This document shows, piece after piece, positions 1 through 10,816 of a DNA stretch of 64,000 nt. The translations under genes were made by a program, and so were the position numbers. The notes below the pieces were generated by a model, which searched no databases, was not told the origin of the DNA, and saw only the letters and a list, made by a program, of their open reading frames with translations. How positions within the stretch are numbered: the first letter of the stretch is position 1; each line of letters starts with the position of its first letter. The stretch is taken from assembly GCA_000002445.1 (NCBI GenBank), contig CP000066.1, positions 1,024,001-1,088,000 of the forward strand, in the 5' to 3' direction. This DNA comes from Trypanosoma brucei (Eukaryota).

Positions 1-2
1 GC

Positions 3-569
3 GTGCCTCCACTGCAGGAATTTCTGGAGGAGGGCATGCTAAACATGGAGGCCGAACGGCGAGCGGTTGTGGATGAATGTGAAACGCTGCTCAGGAGTAT
101 CTTTGAAGAGGAGTTCATGAAGCCCATACGTGAGCTCGAGCAATATCGAAATGAGGCTTTGAGGGTTTCAATTGAAAAGGAGCGGAAAGAGTTCGAGGAT
201 AACATGAAAAATGTGTTGGATACCTCAAATTACCGGAGGGTTTCTAGAGCATTTGAGCTGCGCTTGGAAAAGCGGCTCGAACGGAGCGAACTGGCGGCCC
301 CCGAGGTGGCACCTCCGCCCGTAATGGAGCAGCCCGCTGCCGTTTCCTCGAGGCGCGAGAGCATGAGGAGGAAGTCTAGAGTGGCTCACCGTCCGCGCCT
401 GGATTCCCTCGTGGGGAGCCCCGGCATATCGACTACGGCGGCAGCGGCGGTGGCTGCAGAAGCTCAGGTTGATGTGGTCTTTTCTTTGGAGGATGTGGAA
501 GCCCGCATGTCAACACTGGAACACGCCGTGGCGGGAGTCTCCAAAGGGAGGTCAAGAAAGGGTCGTTAG
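3..569 (+). CDS. 3' end of an upstream gene entering the window; hypothetical protein C-terminus
   Basis: Open frame runs from the window edge to the stop at 567-569. It is charged and helix-prone (EEEFMKPIRELEQYRNEALRVSIEKERKEFEDNMK), with an Ala/Pro-rich tail. Same strand as every other gene. No family recognised. Confidence 0.4.
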   Translation: MPPLQEFLEEGMLNMEAERRAVVDECETLLRSIFEEEFMKPIRELEQYRNEALRVSIEKERKEFEDNMKNVLDTSNYRRVSRAFELRLEKRLERSELAAPEVAPPPVMEQPAAVSSRRESMRRKSRVAHRPRLDSLVGSPGISTTAAAAVAAEAQVDVVFSLEDVEARMSTLEHAVAGVSKGRSRKGR

Positions 570-1517
570 GGGTTTATTTCCTCCTTTCCCTCTTTACCTC
601 TTTTCGTCCTTTCTTTGCTTGATTTATTTTGGCAAGAGGAGTGACCCCGACATGTGTGTGCGTGTGGTCCTGCAATGGTGTGAGAGTCGGAAGTGCGGAC
701 GGGGTTGAAGCTTTCTGGCCTTCATAGTTTTGTGTTGCGCTGTGTTTAGTTTCCCTTTATCGTTCCCTTCAAACGGTTCGTTTTTGTGTTAACTTGTCGC
801 GCTCGCCACAGCGGCGCGTGGTTATGCGTTTCCGCGTGTATTTGTTTCTGTGTGCACGTTCTAGCAATGTAGATTATACCAACAGCGCATGCTTTGTTTG
901 TTTAACCCCTCTCTGTTTGGATATTTTGTTCCCTTCCTGCGTTTTTCTTTCTCCGCTCATTGGTGTTTTTTTCTTTTTCGCGGGCAATGCTAACCGATAT
1001 GTGTATCGCTTGCCTCGCCGTACTTGGGTCGCTGGATGTTGGAGGTTGTCGCGTGGGACAGGGGGAGGGATAGAGGAAGTGGGGATGGGATGAACAGAGG
1101 TAGACGAAGGTACGATAAATGGTGTGCGCGCATATCGAGGGTGAGGAACGGCTTCATAGAACTCACAAAATGGGAGGCTGATATCTCTCCGTATGCACAC
1201 GCATGTCTGTATGTATATGTATATATATATGTGTGTGTATGCGCGTGGAAGTGCTTGTGTTCTGTGTGTTTCCCGGCCCCTTTTTCTTTTTCTTTCCCCC
1301 TCTTACATCCCCAGCTTCAGTTGGCGTGGATTTGTACATGCAGGTTAAGTAACTCCTTTTCTTGTCATTCGTCATTATTGCTCGCAATGTGACCACCATG
1401 CAGTGCAGACATTGAGGCTTCTCTTATTTGTCTTACCTCTCGCACTTACGTGCCCACAAGGTGCCCACTTAGTTTCCTATTCGCTGACCCTTAGGGTGTT
1501 TCTGCTACAGCAGCCCC

Positions 1518-2312
1518 ATGCTGACTTTACGCAAGCAAACACTGCCTGTTGCAACAGCAACACTTCTCTTGCAGCGTCGGGGCGTGGAGTACTGGGGTTC
1601 CTCTGTAACGGGACGAACACAACCTTATGCACAGGGTGACTTGATCCCTCGTGTAGACAACATGCGTCATGTTGTAAGCAAATCATCCAGCGCTGCGGCA
1701 AATCTTACGGGCAGCAATTTGGGTGTTGCGTACGACAGTGACACTATCTTTTCTGTTGCCGGTTACAGTCGGGCGGAGAAGGAGCACTATCGGCCGCTTC
1801 GTGGAATCGCGCGGTATAAAATAGAACCCATGGCAGAGAGCGACACAGTGGCGGCCCAGGGTTTGTTAGAGCAGGCAGAAATGAGCAAAAGTATAAGCTT
1901 TGTTGTGTCATGGTGGGGCGGTGTGCTAAAGGATTTTCCTTCTTTGAAGAAAGTATGTGATGATACGTTCAAGGAAGAGTTCACCAGCTTCTATAAGAGC
2001 GCCCTGTCGGTGGCGCACGATGATGCCGCCGTGAAGGCTCTGGCGGTGCCGTTTGTGCGGCGCCAGATGCAGGAGCACTACATTAGCTTTCCTATGTTTT
2101 GGCGTATAGCAGAGAAGTTAGCGGATGCCATTGAAAAGGTTCCCCAAATGCAGAAACCCGCAAGGAGTGTCTCCCGCATAGCGGTGGAGCGCGTAACGAA
2201 AATTGCGCTAAACACAATTGCAGATGAGCCGTGGGCTCTTGATGAGATGACAAGTCCACTGCTTTTTGATGTGTCAAACTTCCGCGCCTGGCATGAGGCG
2301 GGAAACTGGTAG
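1518..2312 (+). CDS. hypothetical protein, 264 aa; possible mitochondrial presequence
   Basis: ATG at 1518 confirmed. N-terminus MLTLRKQTLPVATATLLLQRRG is basic and hydroxylated with no acidic residues, as in a mitochondrial presequence. Clean 795-nt ORF on the common strand. No recognisable domain. Confidence 0.45.
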   Translation: MLTLRKQTLPVATATLLLQRRGVEYWGSSVTGRTQPYAQGDLIPRVDNMRHVVSKSSSAAANLTGSNLGVAYDSDTIFSVAGYSRAEKEHYRPLRGIARYKIEPMAESDTVAAQGLLEQAEMSKSISFVVSWWGGVLKDFPSLKKVCDDTFKEEFTSFYKSALSVAHDDAAVKALAVPFVRRQMQEHYISFPMFWRIAEKLADAIEKVPQMQKPARSVSRIAVERVTKIALNTIADEPWALDEMTSPLLFDVSNFRAWHEAGNW

Positions 2313-3143
2313 AAAATGTGTGTATGAAAGTGACCCCTTTGTTGACGGGCGTAAGGAGATACGTGTGCAAGAGTGCATGGGGCGTCTACTCTTTTCGTGC
2401 CTTTTCGTGTTTCTTTTTTTTTTTCAGTGCGCGTGCACAGCAGTTTACACGGAGGCTGTGGGTGTGTGGGATTCCACAGCACTGAAATAAAAATCCAACG
2501 TGACTATACCGCAATATCACTGGTGTCGGGAATATTGATGTTGGGAAGGTGGGTAAAGTAGAAGTGATAAATATGGGTGATGATGATAGTAGTATTTATA
2601 GCTCGTGATGTGCGCCAGCGTATGTGCATTTTTAAAAATTGAATTCATAGTGTATTTCGAGGCGGGGTAATATAAATCCCTTCCTTTTTTTCCAGAGATG
2701 GGCGTAGAAGACGAGCGGTCGTGTGGTGGATGTTTGAACGCATAGGCATCTGGGAGAGTGAGTGGGGATTTGATGTCGTTGGTAAAATTTGCGGGACGGA
2801 GATCTCTTAACGAAGGACGCGGCTGGTGAATCTTCCATGTTTTTTTCTCTTTTTGCTACCCGGTACATACATTTGCGTGTGTTTACAACAAGCTGGTGTA
2901 ATTATCGACGTTGTTGCGTTTCCCCACTTTACGGCACATTCTGCCTTACCTTCTTCTGTACTTGGGGTCACCCACTTTTCTCCCTCATTCTTGAAAACTT
3001 GCTTCACCGTGGTATCTCTTTTCTTCGTACACTACTACCACGCCCTCTGTTATTCCTTGTGCCGTTGCTTTATTTGCAACATAAAACCATTTAATCACTT
3101 TTACAGAGTGAGGAAAAGGGGAGAAGGGAGGATTTAGTTAAGA

Positions 3144-5015
3144 ATGCGAGGAAGAGGGAGAGGTTCAATGCGGTTCTTTGGTGACCGAGGCGGGATGGAG
3201 CGCGGGGCGGGATCGTTTCGTGGGAGAGGCGGCAGCCGCAGTATGGGGGGAAGAGGATTTTCACGTGGTGCTGGCACAAGCAGAGGAGGCAATAACACGG
3301 GTTATACGGCCACAAAGCACAACGAACCATTGGATGGTAGTGGTCGTAACAGCAAAACTGACAACAATAAATTCAGCACTAACGACAAAAGCATCGCCGG
3401 AAAGGCAGTTGACAAGCGCCCTGTGCCGAGTCAGACCCAGCGCGTTGTAACCACGGTGACAGAAAATGGTACGGAGTTACCGAAAAAACTCAACACCAAG
3501 GTGTTTGTTGATGGTCTGCCATACGAAAACGAGGTGAAGTCGAGCTCGCTGAGTGTGGAGGAGGAGTTGATGCAGTTTGTGATTGCATGGAAGGTGGGAA
3601 AGCCACTGCGCCTCATCAAGAAGGACGGACAGGGTTTTGGGTTCCTTGTTTTCCAATCTCCGCACAGCGTGGATGTTGCAGTGCGGGTTTTGAATGGCCG
3701 CAAATTCCTTGGGCGTTCACTGCGAGTGGAGGTGCCGAAACCGAGGGATATGGAAGGTGCTGGGGGATCTTATGGTGCCAATGATTCCGGGAAGTGCAGT
3801 TATGCCCGACAAGTTCTTCTTTCAGACTTAGCTAAGGTAGCACAACCGGAGATTATCCGAGAGATTCTGAGGGACGTGGCACCCCAGTTAGAGAAGCGCT
3901 TGGATTCAATAAAGATGACCTCCAAGAATCGGAAAGCTTTCTTGACCTTCCAGTCCTCCGAGGACGTCGAGGCTGCCGTGAAGTTCCTTGATGGGTTTTC
4001 TATGTTCGGTCGTCGTATCAGCGCAGCGCAGGCTGCAGCGCCGGGGTCATTACCGTATTCCAAGGCCCCCATTCGCAGTACCGCACTTCATGCCGCCGAA
4101 GGTGTGCTGGTGGGAGACGGTGACGCCGATATGGTTGCGGCCGCCGGGCCCAATCACGGGGATGAGGGTGAATTAGTCGTGCCTTTGGGCCTCGATGTTC
4201 CTCCGGCAAACAGACCAGTGAAGGGAATGGAGAAGCGGAAGCCTGCGCCCGCCGCAGCTGCAAAGCCCAATGCGCTTCCCAGCAACATCACTGGTGTGAC
4301 GGAAAAATATAACTTACTTGACAATGGTCCTGCAGAGGTGTTTGTTGGAAATTTAGGTGAAGACGTGACGGAAGAACAACTGAAGGCCCACTTTTCGGTC
4401 TGTGGGAAAATAAACAGCTGCAAAATTATCGTGAATAAGAACACCAGGTTGCCCACGGGTATTGCAAGTATCGTATTCGCTATCCCTGCTTATGCTGCAT
4501 ATGCGCAGAAACATATGCATGGCTCCTGCCTCCGTGGGCACGTTCTTCGGGTGGATCGTGGTGAAGAGGCCAGCGCCCCACTCGTCTCGGAGTTGCCGCC
4601 GCGGGATGATGAGGAAACAATTGACGAGGACGGTTACATGGAGCATTTCGGTGTTACAAACAAGAAAGAGTACTTCAAGGGCACGTCATTCGAAGAGAAA
4701 CCCGGCTGTGGGAAGAAGAGGGCGAGGGACAGCGAAGCAGGCGGTGAGAAGCGAAAGGGCAAGGGTAAGAAGAATAAAGGTGAACCTCCGAAAAAAGCAT
4801 CGTCGCCGAAAACCTCACATGGCTGCGGCACAAATGGGAGTCACCACTCTCGCGGTGATGATGACGACGACGACGACGAGGAGCATTTCTTCGATGTTGA
4901 TGAGGGTGATAACGTTCGGGCAAAGCCCACAGGGAAACAAAAGAACACCAAGAAGGGAGCTCCCGTTCCCCGGAAGGGAGTGAAAAAAAAGGGGAAGGGG
5001 AAGAAATCTTCTTAG
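3144..5015 (+). CDS. RNA-binding protein: N-terminal RGG/RG-rich box, two RRM domains, Lys-rich C-terminal tail with a poly-Asp run
   Basis: ATG at 3144. N-terminus is MRGRGRGSMRFFGDRGGMERGAGSFRGRGGSRSMGGRGFSRGAG. RRM-like blocks are KVFVDGLPYENE ... GFGFLVF (RNP1-like) and EVFVGNLGEDVTEEQLKAHFSVCGKINSCKI. C-terminus is KKGKGKKNKG ... DDDDDDDEE ... KKKGKGKKSS. Confidence 0.75.
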   Translation: MRGRGRGSMRFFGDRGGMERGAGSFRGRGGSRSMGGRGFSRGAGTSRGGNNTGYTATKHNEPLDGSGRNSKTDNNKFSTNDKSIAGKAVDKRPVPSQTQRVVTTVTENGTELPKKLNTKVFVDGLPYENEVKSSSLSVEEELMQFVIAWKVGKPLRLIKKDGQGFGFLVFQSPHSVDVAVRVLNGRKFLGRSLRVEVPKPRDMEGAGGSYGANDSGKCSYARQVLLSDLAKVAQPEIIREILRDVAPQLEKRLDSIKMTSKNRKAFLTFQSSEDVEAAVKFLDGFSMFGRRISAAQAAAPGSLPYSKAPIRSTALHAAEGVLVGDGDADMVAAAGPNHGDEGELVVPLGLDVPPANRPVKGMEKRKPAPAAAAKPNALPSNITGVTEKYNLLDNGPAEVFVGNLGEDVTEEQLKAHFSVCGKINSCKIIVNKNTRLPTGIASIVFAIPAYAAYAQKHMHGSCLRGHVLRVDRGEEASAPLVSELPPRDDEETIDEDGYMEHFGVTNKKEYFKGTSFEEKPGCGKKRARDSEAGGEKRKGKGKKNKGEPPKKASSPKTSHGCGTNGSHHSRGDDDDDDDEEHFFDVDEGDNVRAKPTGKQKNTKKGAPVPRKGVKKKGKGKKSS

Positions 5016-5506
5016 CGGAATGCATGTGAGGCGATAACCGTTTCGTATTTACTCTTCAAGGACTTCCTGCTGCAACCCTCGTGGTGAGTGGGGAGTGGTG
5101 GTGGTGGTGGTTGGGCCACTTATTTGGGTGCGCGCCGTATTCATAAGCGCACTTATGCCTACGTGTAAACTCGCGCCTCTGTTTGTGCTCCTTGACTGAG
5201 GTGACCATAATATAAAGCGACTAAGGAAGGGAACGAAGATGAACTAGTTCTTTCACTAAAAATTTAAACAATATCGTCGGGTGTTATGTCTTCCGACTAG
5301 TCACCACTTGTCACTTTGATTTTACTGTTGCTAACATTTTTGTCTTTGCGCTCCTCACATTTGGAAACGATACGTTTCCCGTCTCCGCTTTCGTTGTATT
5401 TCTTTTATCGCGTCAGGTATCGGATAATTTGATTTGCTTTTTTTTTTTTTTTAGTAGCCCCTTCATCGGCAAATTATTTGAGAGGTGGGTTTGCATCACG
5501 TGTTGA

Positions 5507-5920
5507 ATGCCGCCGGTTACGGGCCGCCCCATCGGACGCGCCCCCGCCCCGCATCCCGTCATACGCCGCACTCGCAGTTGGAGGGGCATCATGCAGGTGC
5601 GTTTTAATGATACCCGCGCTGACCGTAACCGGATTCTCAAACATGCGTTTCTATGGGCACCAGTGCGTATCTTTGGAATATGTTTCGTTACCACCACAAT
5701 GATATACTTCACCATTGGTCACGACCGCTTTATGCATACGCTATTTGGCTATGAGTCGGAAATGCACTATGAGGCCCGTGTTAATCCCGACGCCAGTATC
5801 TTAATTGGGGACACACTCTTAGACAAGGATCGTGCTTGGAAATCACCCCTTCGAAATTTAGAGAAACCACTTCATCCACGCCGTGAATTCGACGTCCTGC
5901 GCGACCCCAAATCGACATAA
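5507..5920 (+). CDS. possible small single-pass membrane protein, ~110-137 aa; weak
   Basis: ATG at 5507 and an in-frame ATG at 5591 (MQVRFND...). One hydrophobic segment, VRIFGICFVTTTMIYFTI. A T16 run followed by AG lies upstream at 5440-5460. No homology recognised. Confidence 0.2.
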   Translation: MPPVTGRPIGRAPAPHPVIRRTRSWRGIMQVRFNDTRADRNRILKHAFLWAPVRIFGICFVTTTMIYFTIGHDRFMHTLFGYESEMHYEARVNPDASILIGDTLLDKDRAWKSPLRNLEKPLHPRREFDVLRDPKST

Positions 5921-6635
5921 TGCCCCCGACCTTGTTATATCTCTGACAATGTCCGGGCTGCGTTGCGGAGTTGGAGATGGTGCCCAGCATGCCTTCCCTT
6001 TTGTCGTTGTTGTTGTTGAGTGTCTGAGGTTTGGGTTGTTATTCGCAGTCTAGGAATTATCGCATGTCTTTCTTTTCACCCTTTGTTTCGCTTATATTCC
6101 CTTCGCAGCTGCTTTGTTGTATTGTTGCATGTTGTATTTTCGGGACATGTTTGTGGAACACACCCGTGGGCCGGCATGTGGGTGCGTATCTGTACGTTCA
6201 ATTCCTTGTGGCGTGCCATCTTTTCGCCCGTTGGTTCCATAAACTTCGTGTCATTGACCAGAGCTGTCTCTTGTGACCGGTATTCCACCCCCCCCCCACA
6301 CGTAAAGACAGCTATTCATTTTTGTTTTGTCAATAGCGATCTTCCGTTTCTAACTGGTAATGCCTTTACATGGGCACCCCCTTGCGGATAAATTGCTGGT
6401 TCGCTGCACGTTATGTAATACTGGTGGGAGATAACTTTGTCTCTGCGTGTGTGAACACCTTTCTTTCTTTCTTTTCCCCTACCCTTTTAATTGCACTCTC
6501 GTTCTCTCTAATATATGCTAAATTCGTAGAGCCGCGAGGAGAAGGGTTCCCCACACCTTCATTAGTCAGTGTTTTATCAAATATTAACATTTAGATAATT
6601 GTGGCTTGCGGGCTCAATCCTACAGTATCCACACT

Positions 6636-8282
6636 ATGGCTAGTCTCACAGATGATGACATCCGGGTATCGCCATTATGGGAACATATGAAGAAGGTTCT
6701 GCTGCAAGTTGTTCAGCAGCAGCCGAGTTGTGCATTGGAGGCGGTTGTCCCGGCATCGCTAACTGTACAAACGGGTACCTCCGTGCCACCTCGAGTTACC
6801 ACAGAATTTGGTGACCACAGACCCAAAGTTGTGAACACCGTCCCGCCTGATGCTTTGGAGAATCTCCGATGGGCCTCAAGTTTTGGGACAGCGTTGGTGC
6901 CGCCGAAGCCACGCCGTAAGCCACAAGAAGATGAGGAAGACATGATTCCGGAAGACATCGAGGAGGAGGAGGAGGAAGTGCTCGGAGAGGTTGGGGACGT
7001 GGTGGCAGAGCAGGCGATATTTAATTCGGTTGGCGAGGGTTTACCTCCTGAAGAGGCCTTCCGACTAGTTGTTGGCATGAAGCAGCTGATGCGCACGGAG
7101 CCGCTTGCAAACGTACGCTTCTGGGGTAAATTTTACGGCAGCGTTGGGGATTATTACATCGTGGAGACGAAGATTGACCCCAACCGTATCCCTGAGGAGG
7201 GTGATGAGGACGGGTTCGATGAGGTGGATGAGGAGGAGGACGGTGAGCCAGTCGAGAATATTGCCGATGTATTGTTTGCCCATGGGCCTAAGGCTCATGC
7301 CGACACCGGCGTGGAATCTTCGGGAACCGGTTTGAACGAGTTTGTATACTATGCTGCCAACACCACTGACCCTACACGATGGGCTCGGCTTCCTGACGTG
7401 ACCCCAACACAAATCATCGCCGCCCGTCTTATCCGCCGCGGGTTCACAGGTGATCTAGAGGCCACTGTTGACACACACCCGCGGTTCCCTGGCTGCGAGA
7501 AACACTATGTTCGTGCTCAGATCGCCCGCATCAACTGCACTTGCAGAGTTGCGCCAATTGATATGTACACAACGGAGGGTGCCGTACCGGTTGAAGAGGA
7601 TGAAGACGGCAACTTGCTGCCTCCGCCGGCTACCGTACCGGCGTACTCCGTGCTTCCCCCTTTAATTCCGCAGGAAGTTCCTGATGAGGAGGATGCCGAA
7701 GCTATTGAGCCCGTGAAGTCATGGTTTTATGGTTACCGTGACGATGAGTTGCTTCAGGGAAAATATTGGGTTCACATCGCGCCCACATTACTTCTGAATG
7801 GTCGCACTGTTGCATCTGAGCAGGAGACGGCTGGCGACGATGATGGGAGAGGAGGGGAGGTTGACCACAGTGAGAAGATTCATCCATTTCTGTGTGAGGT
7901 GAGTCGTGATGAACCCCTGCGATACACGTGTCACAGTCGTAGCCAACTCCCTGCATGGTCTTTCCGCAAAGCATTTCACGATGAAAGCAGTAAGAAGCGA
8001 ACATACGTAGCCCGCTCATGTCTGTGGCCTGGCGCCTACACATATGTTGTTACGGAGCTGGGGAAGCCTGGTAGTAGTTTCCAGAGCGTTTATATTGGTT
8101 CTGGATTGAAGAGTCTGCAGGGTGTCAATTACGCCCCGAAACTTCCCCCGCGCTGCCTTGTCGAGTACCCGGAGGTCGATTTGCTCCTACAGCGCGATGG
8201 CACGTTGGATGATGAGCTCGAATATGCACCACCACCACCAAAGCCTGAAGATGCTGGGGAAGATGAAGAAGAATATGATTAG
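6636..8282 (+). CDS. radial spoke head protein family (RSP4/6/9-like, Radial_spoke domain), with acidic insertions
   Basis: The track start at 6606 is TTG; the first in-frame ATG is 6636 (MASLTDDD...). VRFWGKFYGSVGDYYIVETK matches the conserved hLFWGrIlGlxADYYIAQG block of RSPH9 and RSP4/6 that I recall. C-terminal LWPGAYTYVV ... VYIGSGLKS resembles RSPH9 LWPGLTFYH ... YVYVGTGEKN. There are several Glu/Asp runs. Confidence 0.6.
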   Translation: MASLTDDDIRVSPLWEHMKKVLLQVVQQQPSCALEAVVPASLTVQTGTSVPPRVTTEFGDHRPKVVNTVPPDALENLRWASSFGTALVPPKPRRKPQEDEEDMIPEDIEEEEEEVLGEVGDVVAEQAIFNSVGEGLPPEEAFRLVVGMKQLMRTEPLANVRFWGKFYGSVGDYYIVETKIDPNRIPEEGDEDGFDEVDEEEDGEPVENIADVLFAHGPKAHADTGVESSGTGLNEFVYYAANTTDPTRWARLPDVTPTQIIAARLIRRGFTGDLEATVDTHPRFPGCEKHYVRAQIARINCTCRVAPIDMYTTEGAVPVEEDEDGNLLPPPATVPAYSVLPPLIPQEVPDEEDAEAIEPVKSWFYGYRDDELLQGKYWVHIAPTLLLNGRTVASEQETAGDDDGRGGEVDHSEKIHPFLCEVSRDEPLRYTCHSRSQLPAWSFRKAFHDESSKKRTYVARSCLWPGAYTYVVTELGKPGSSFQSVYIGSGLKSLQGVNYAPKLPPRCLVEYPEVDLLLQRDGTLDDELEYAPPPPKPEDAGEDEEEYD

Positions 8283-8841
8283 AGAGGAAGAGAAGAAGTA
8301 CATGCATATGAGCCTGCATGAGAGTAAGATGGAAGGAGTTTGTAGAGCTGGATATGCTGCAAAAAGATTACCGCCTGCACTCCCTTTTTGACGTGGTTGT
8401 TCGTTTTTTTTTTCGCCATTGGCATGCGCTGGCTTTACTCTTTTTCTTTCTTGTTTTTGCATGTTCGCCTTTGATGTATAAAAAACGGTTACCTCCTACA
8501 AAAACGGAAAAAAAAAGGAAGAGAAACAAAGAAGAAAGAAAAGAGGAAAAGTGGGGAACTGAGTTATAGAAGTGTTTGTATGAGGGTGAAAAGGGGAGAG
8601 ATGCACTATGGGGACCAGAAAAGAAACGGAATGTTATAAAAAAAAGGACAGTGAGGAGTGTATAAAGGGTTAGAAAAAAATATTTCGCTCCATGTGAGAA
8701 AGGAGTGAAGCTTGTGTGGGCATTATTAACATTGTAGAATACCCACAGGTAAATGTAGGGAAAAGGAAAGAGGGAAAGAGAAAACAAAAAGGGGAGAGTG
8801 AAAGAGAAGGAGAGTCATTATGAAAAGTAAATGGGAAAAAG

Positions 8842-8873
8842 TATATATATATATATATATATATACGGGTCTT
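8842..8873. repeat. (TA)n microsatellite in intergenic spacer
   Basis: gtatatatatatatatatatatatatatacggg read directly from the sequence. Confidence 0.9.
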
Positions 8874-10039
8874 GATGTTTTGTTGTCAAACGACCATCAC
8901 TTTTTCTCATCGGTTCCTCTTTTTCGAAATGTGGTGCACATGTAAATGCAACCGTTCCCTTTTCTGACTTCCTTTTCTTTTTGTGACACTTAATCATCGC
9001 TCCCTGGCGCTTTTCTCGCCTTATCATTTGGTTAACTTCTATTACCCTTTTTTCTTTTGGTTTTGTAACTTCCCCTTATTGTTGTTATTATTATTCTCTT
9101 TCCTCTTTCCTCCCTCCTCCCTTTCTCTTTATTTTATCTCCAAGATATTCTTAAGATATTTTTTCGCACAGGACAAGAAATTATTGCATATAGGTTGCGT
9201 TAGTTCGTTGCATATAACAAAGCAGTAGTTCTCCCATACAATGAACATTCCTTAGTCATGAAGAGTTGTGTAGGTGAATCATTAACTCTTATGTGAAGGT
9301 GCCATATTTTTCTTTAAGAGGGGAATGAGAAAGTAGATGGTTTGCTCCCTTCTCGCCTTCCATATGGGTGTCTCTTCTTTTTTTTTTTGTGGGGGGGGGG
9401 TGGAGAAGGGACGCCACAGCGAGGCGTGAAATGTCAACTGGTCACTCAGGTGTCAGACATCATGTTGAAATAGCGATAGTAATAACAATAATAATAATAA
9501 TGACAGTTGATGTTGGTATAACCTCTGGGAAAGAGAGTGGATTGCATGTACCACTCGGCTATACATTCAACTGGATTATTGATAGAATTTATTGTTGTGC
9601 GCGGCTGCAAGTTTTGCATAAGTGTCGTGGGAAATATTCTCCAACTGTTTGCTCAAAAATGGGAGTGGTGTGCAGGTTTCCTATTTGCTCATACATCCTT
9701 ATTGGTATTTCTCTCGGCCAATTTCCCCGACGGTACGGTATTGCGTTGTGTGTCGCGATGTTTGTGTACTTTGTTTTTGATAGAGCGCTAACATCTTGTG
9801 TTTGTTTCATTTATCGTCTTCAGAAGCGGCAGTGGCACGTGAGCGTACCGCTATCACATAGGTTTACTATACCATTTAATATGAGTAACCGCACATAGTG
9901 TCTTTCCTGCAATTGCTGCTACGATTACAGTACTCGCTTCAGGGTCGCCGCTTACATATCGCATGCAGTTGCGTATATAAGACAAGACACCGCAAAAGCA
10001 TTTTTTTCCTTTGTTTTTTGTTCTTCCTTCACAAAGTAG

Positions 10040-10816
10040 ATGAAGCGGGCGGTTGCAGCTCAGAAGGCGGTTGGTGGCGCTGTGGCAAAGCGCTCAGTGG
10101 CAAACGCTAACGCCCCTCGCACTCGGTTGCCATTTCTTCGCAATGTCGCACAGAACGCACGGCGTTCACCCGACACTTATCGTACGGCAACACCCTTCAC
10201 GTCATATCCGCCGCATGTCAGCGGCCAGCAGCAGAAGAAACCGACAAGCCACGTGCTTTACAAGGATCCGCAGTGCATAATAGTGAATGATGCATATCCC
10301 AAATCGCGGTTGCATTGTCTTGTCATACCACTTGATCTTTCTCTTGACTCGCTTAGCGCCTTACGCCCCAATCACGTGCCATTGCTGCAGCACTTAATGG
10401 AAGTAGCGGAGCAATACGTGCAGTTTACACGCGAGGATGCGGCTTCAAATGAGGCAGGGATTCAGGCGCTTTCATTCATGACGGGATTTCATTCCCTCCC
10501 GTCGTTGCCGCAACTCCACATGCACCTTATCTCACGCGACCTCGACGGTCCCTGCATGAAGACCAAGAAACATTACAACAGCTTTGCCACACCGTTTTTC
10601 TTGCCAGCTGACCAGGTGGTGAATGACTTACGGAAGAATGGATGCGTGACCCTTAATCGAAATGTGGAGGAACTGAACCGGTTTGAACATGAGGAACCGC
10701 GATGCCTGTGGTGTGGGCTAAACCCTGGTGGTTTTCAGCAGCTGCGCGTCCACCTCCGCACCTGTAAGGGTAACCGTGCGTATGTAGCATCATCTACGGC
10801 TCCAGTGCAACAGTAG
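10040..10816 (+). CDS. APTX: aprataxin-like protein: HIT-superfamily nucleotide hydrolase domain plus C-terminal zinc finger, no FHA domain
   Basis: ATG at 10040. HCLVIPLD parallels HWLVLPW; LHMHLISRDLDGPCMKTKKHYNSFATPFFL parallels human aprataxin [31 protein letters not shown]; the zinc finger is EPRCLWCG ... LRVHLRTC. The first His of the triad is Q here; the second and third are conserved. Confidence 0.8.
   Translation: MKRAVAAQKAVGGAVAKRSVANANAPRTRLPFLRNVAQNARRSPDTYRTATPFTSYPPHVSGQQQKKPTSHVLYKDPQCIIVNDAYPKSRLHCLVIPLDLSLDSLSALRPNHVPLLQHLMEVAEQYVQFTREDAASNEAGIQALSFMTGFHSLPSLPQLHMHLISRDLDGPCMKTKKHYNSFATPFFLPADQVVNDLRKNGCVTLNRNVEELNRFEHEEPRCLWCGLNPGGFQQLRVHLRTCKGNRAYVASSTAPVQQ

Noticed and set aside
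6288-6301. Homopolymer runs (C10 at ~6291; G11-12 at 9393-9404 and 12577-12587) as possible G-quadruplex or regulatory elements
   Set aside because: They are single short homopolymers in UTR-like spacers, too short and isolated to infer function. They are more likely simple-sequence noise, or potential sequencing-error hotspots.
9368-9898. 176-aa + strand ORF in the 8283-10039 spacer
   Set aside because: It starts at GTG and has low-complexity, Ile/Cys-rich odd composition with no domain. It sits in a region that looks like UTR (purine-rich then pyrimidine-rich). It is kept only as a low-interest finding, not as a feature.
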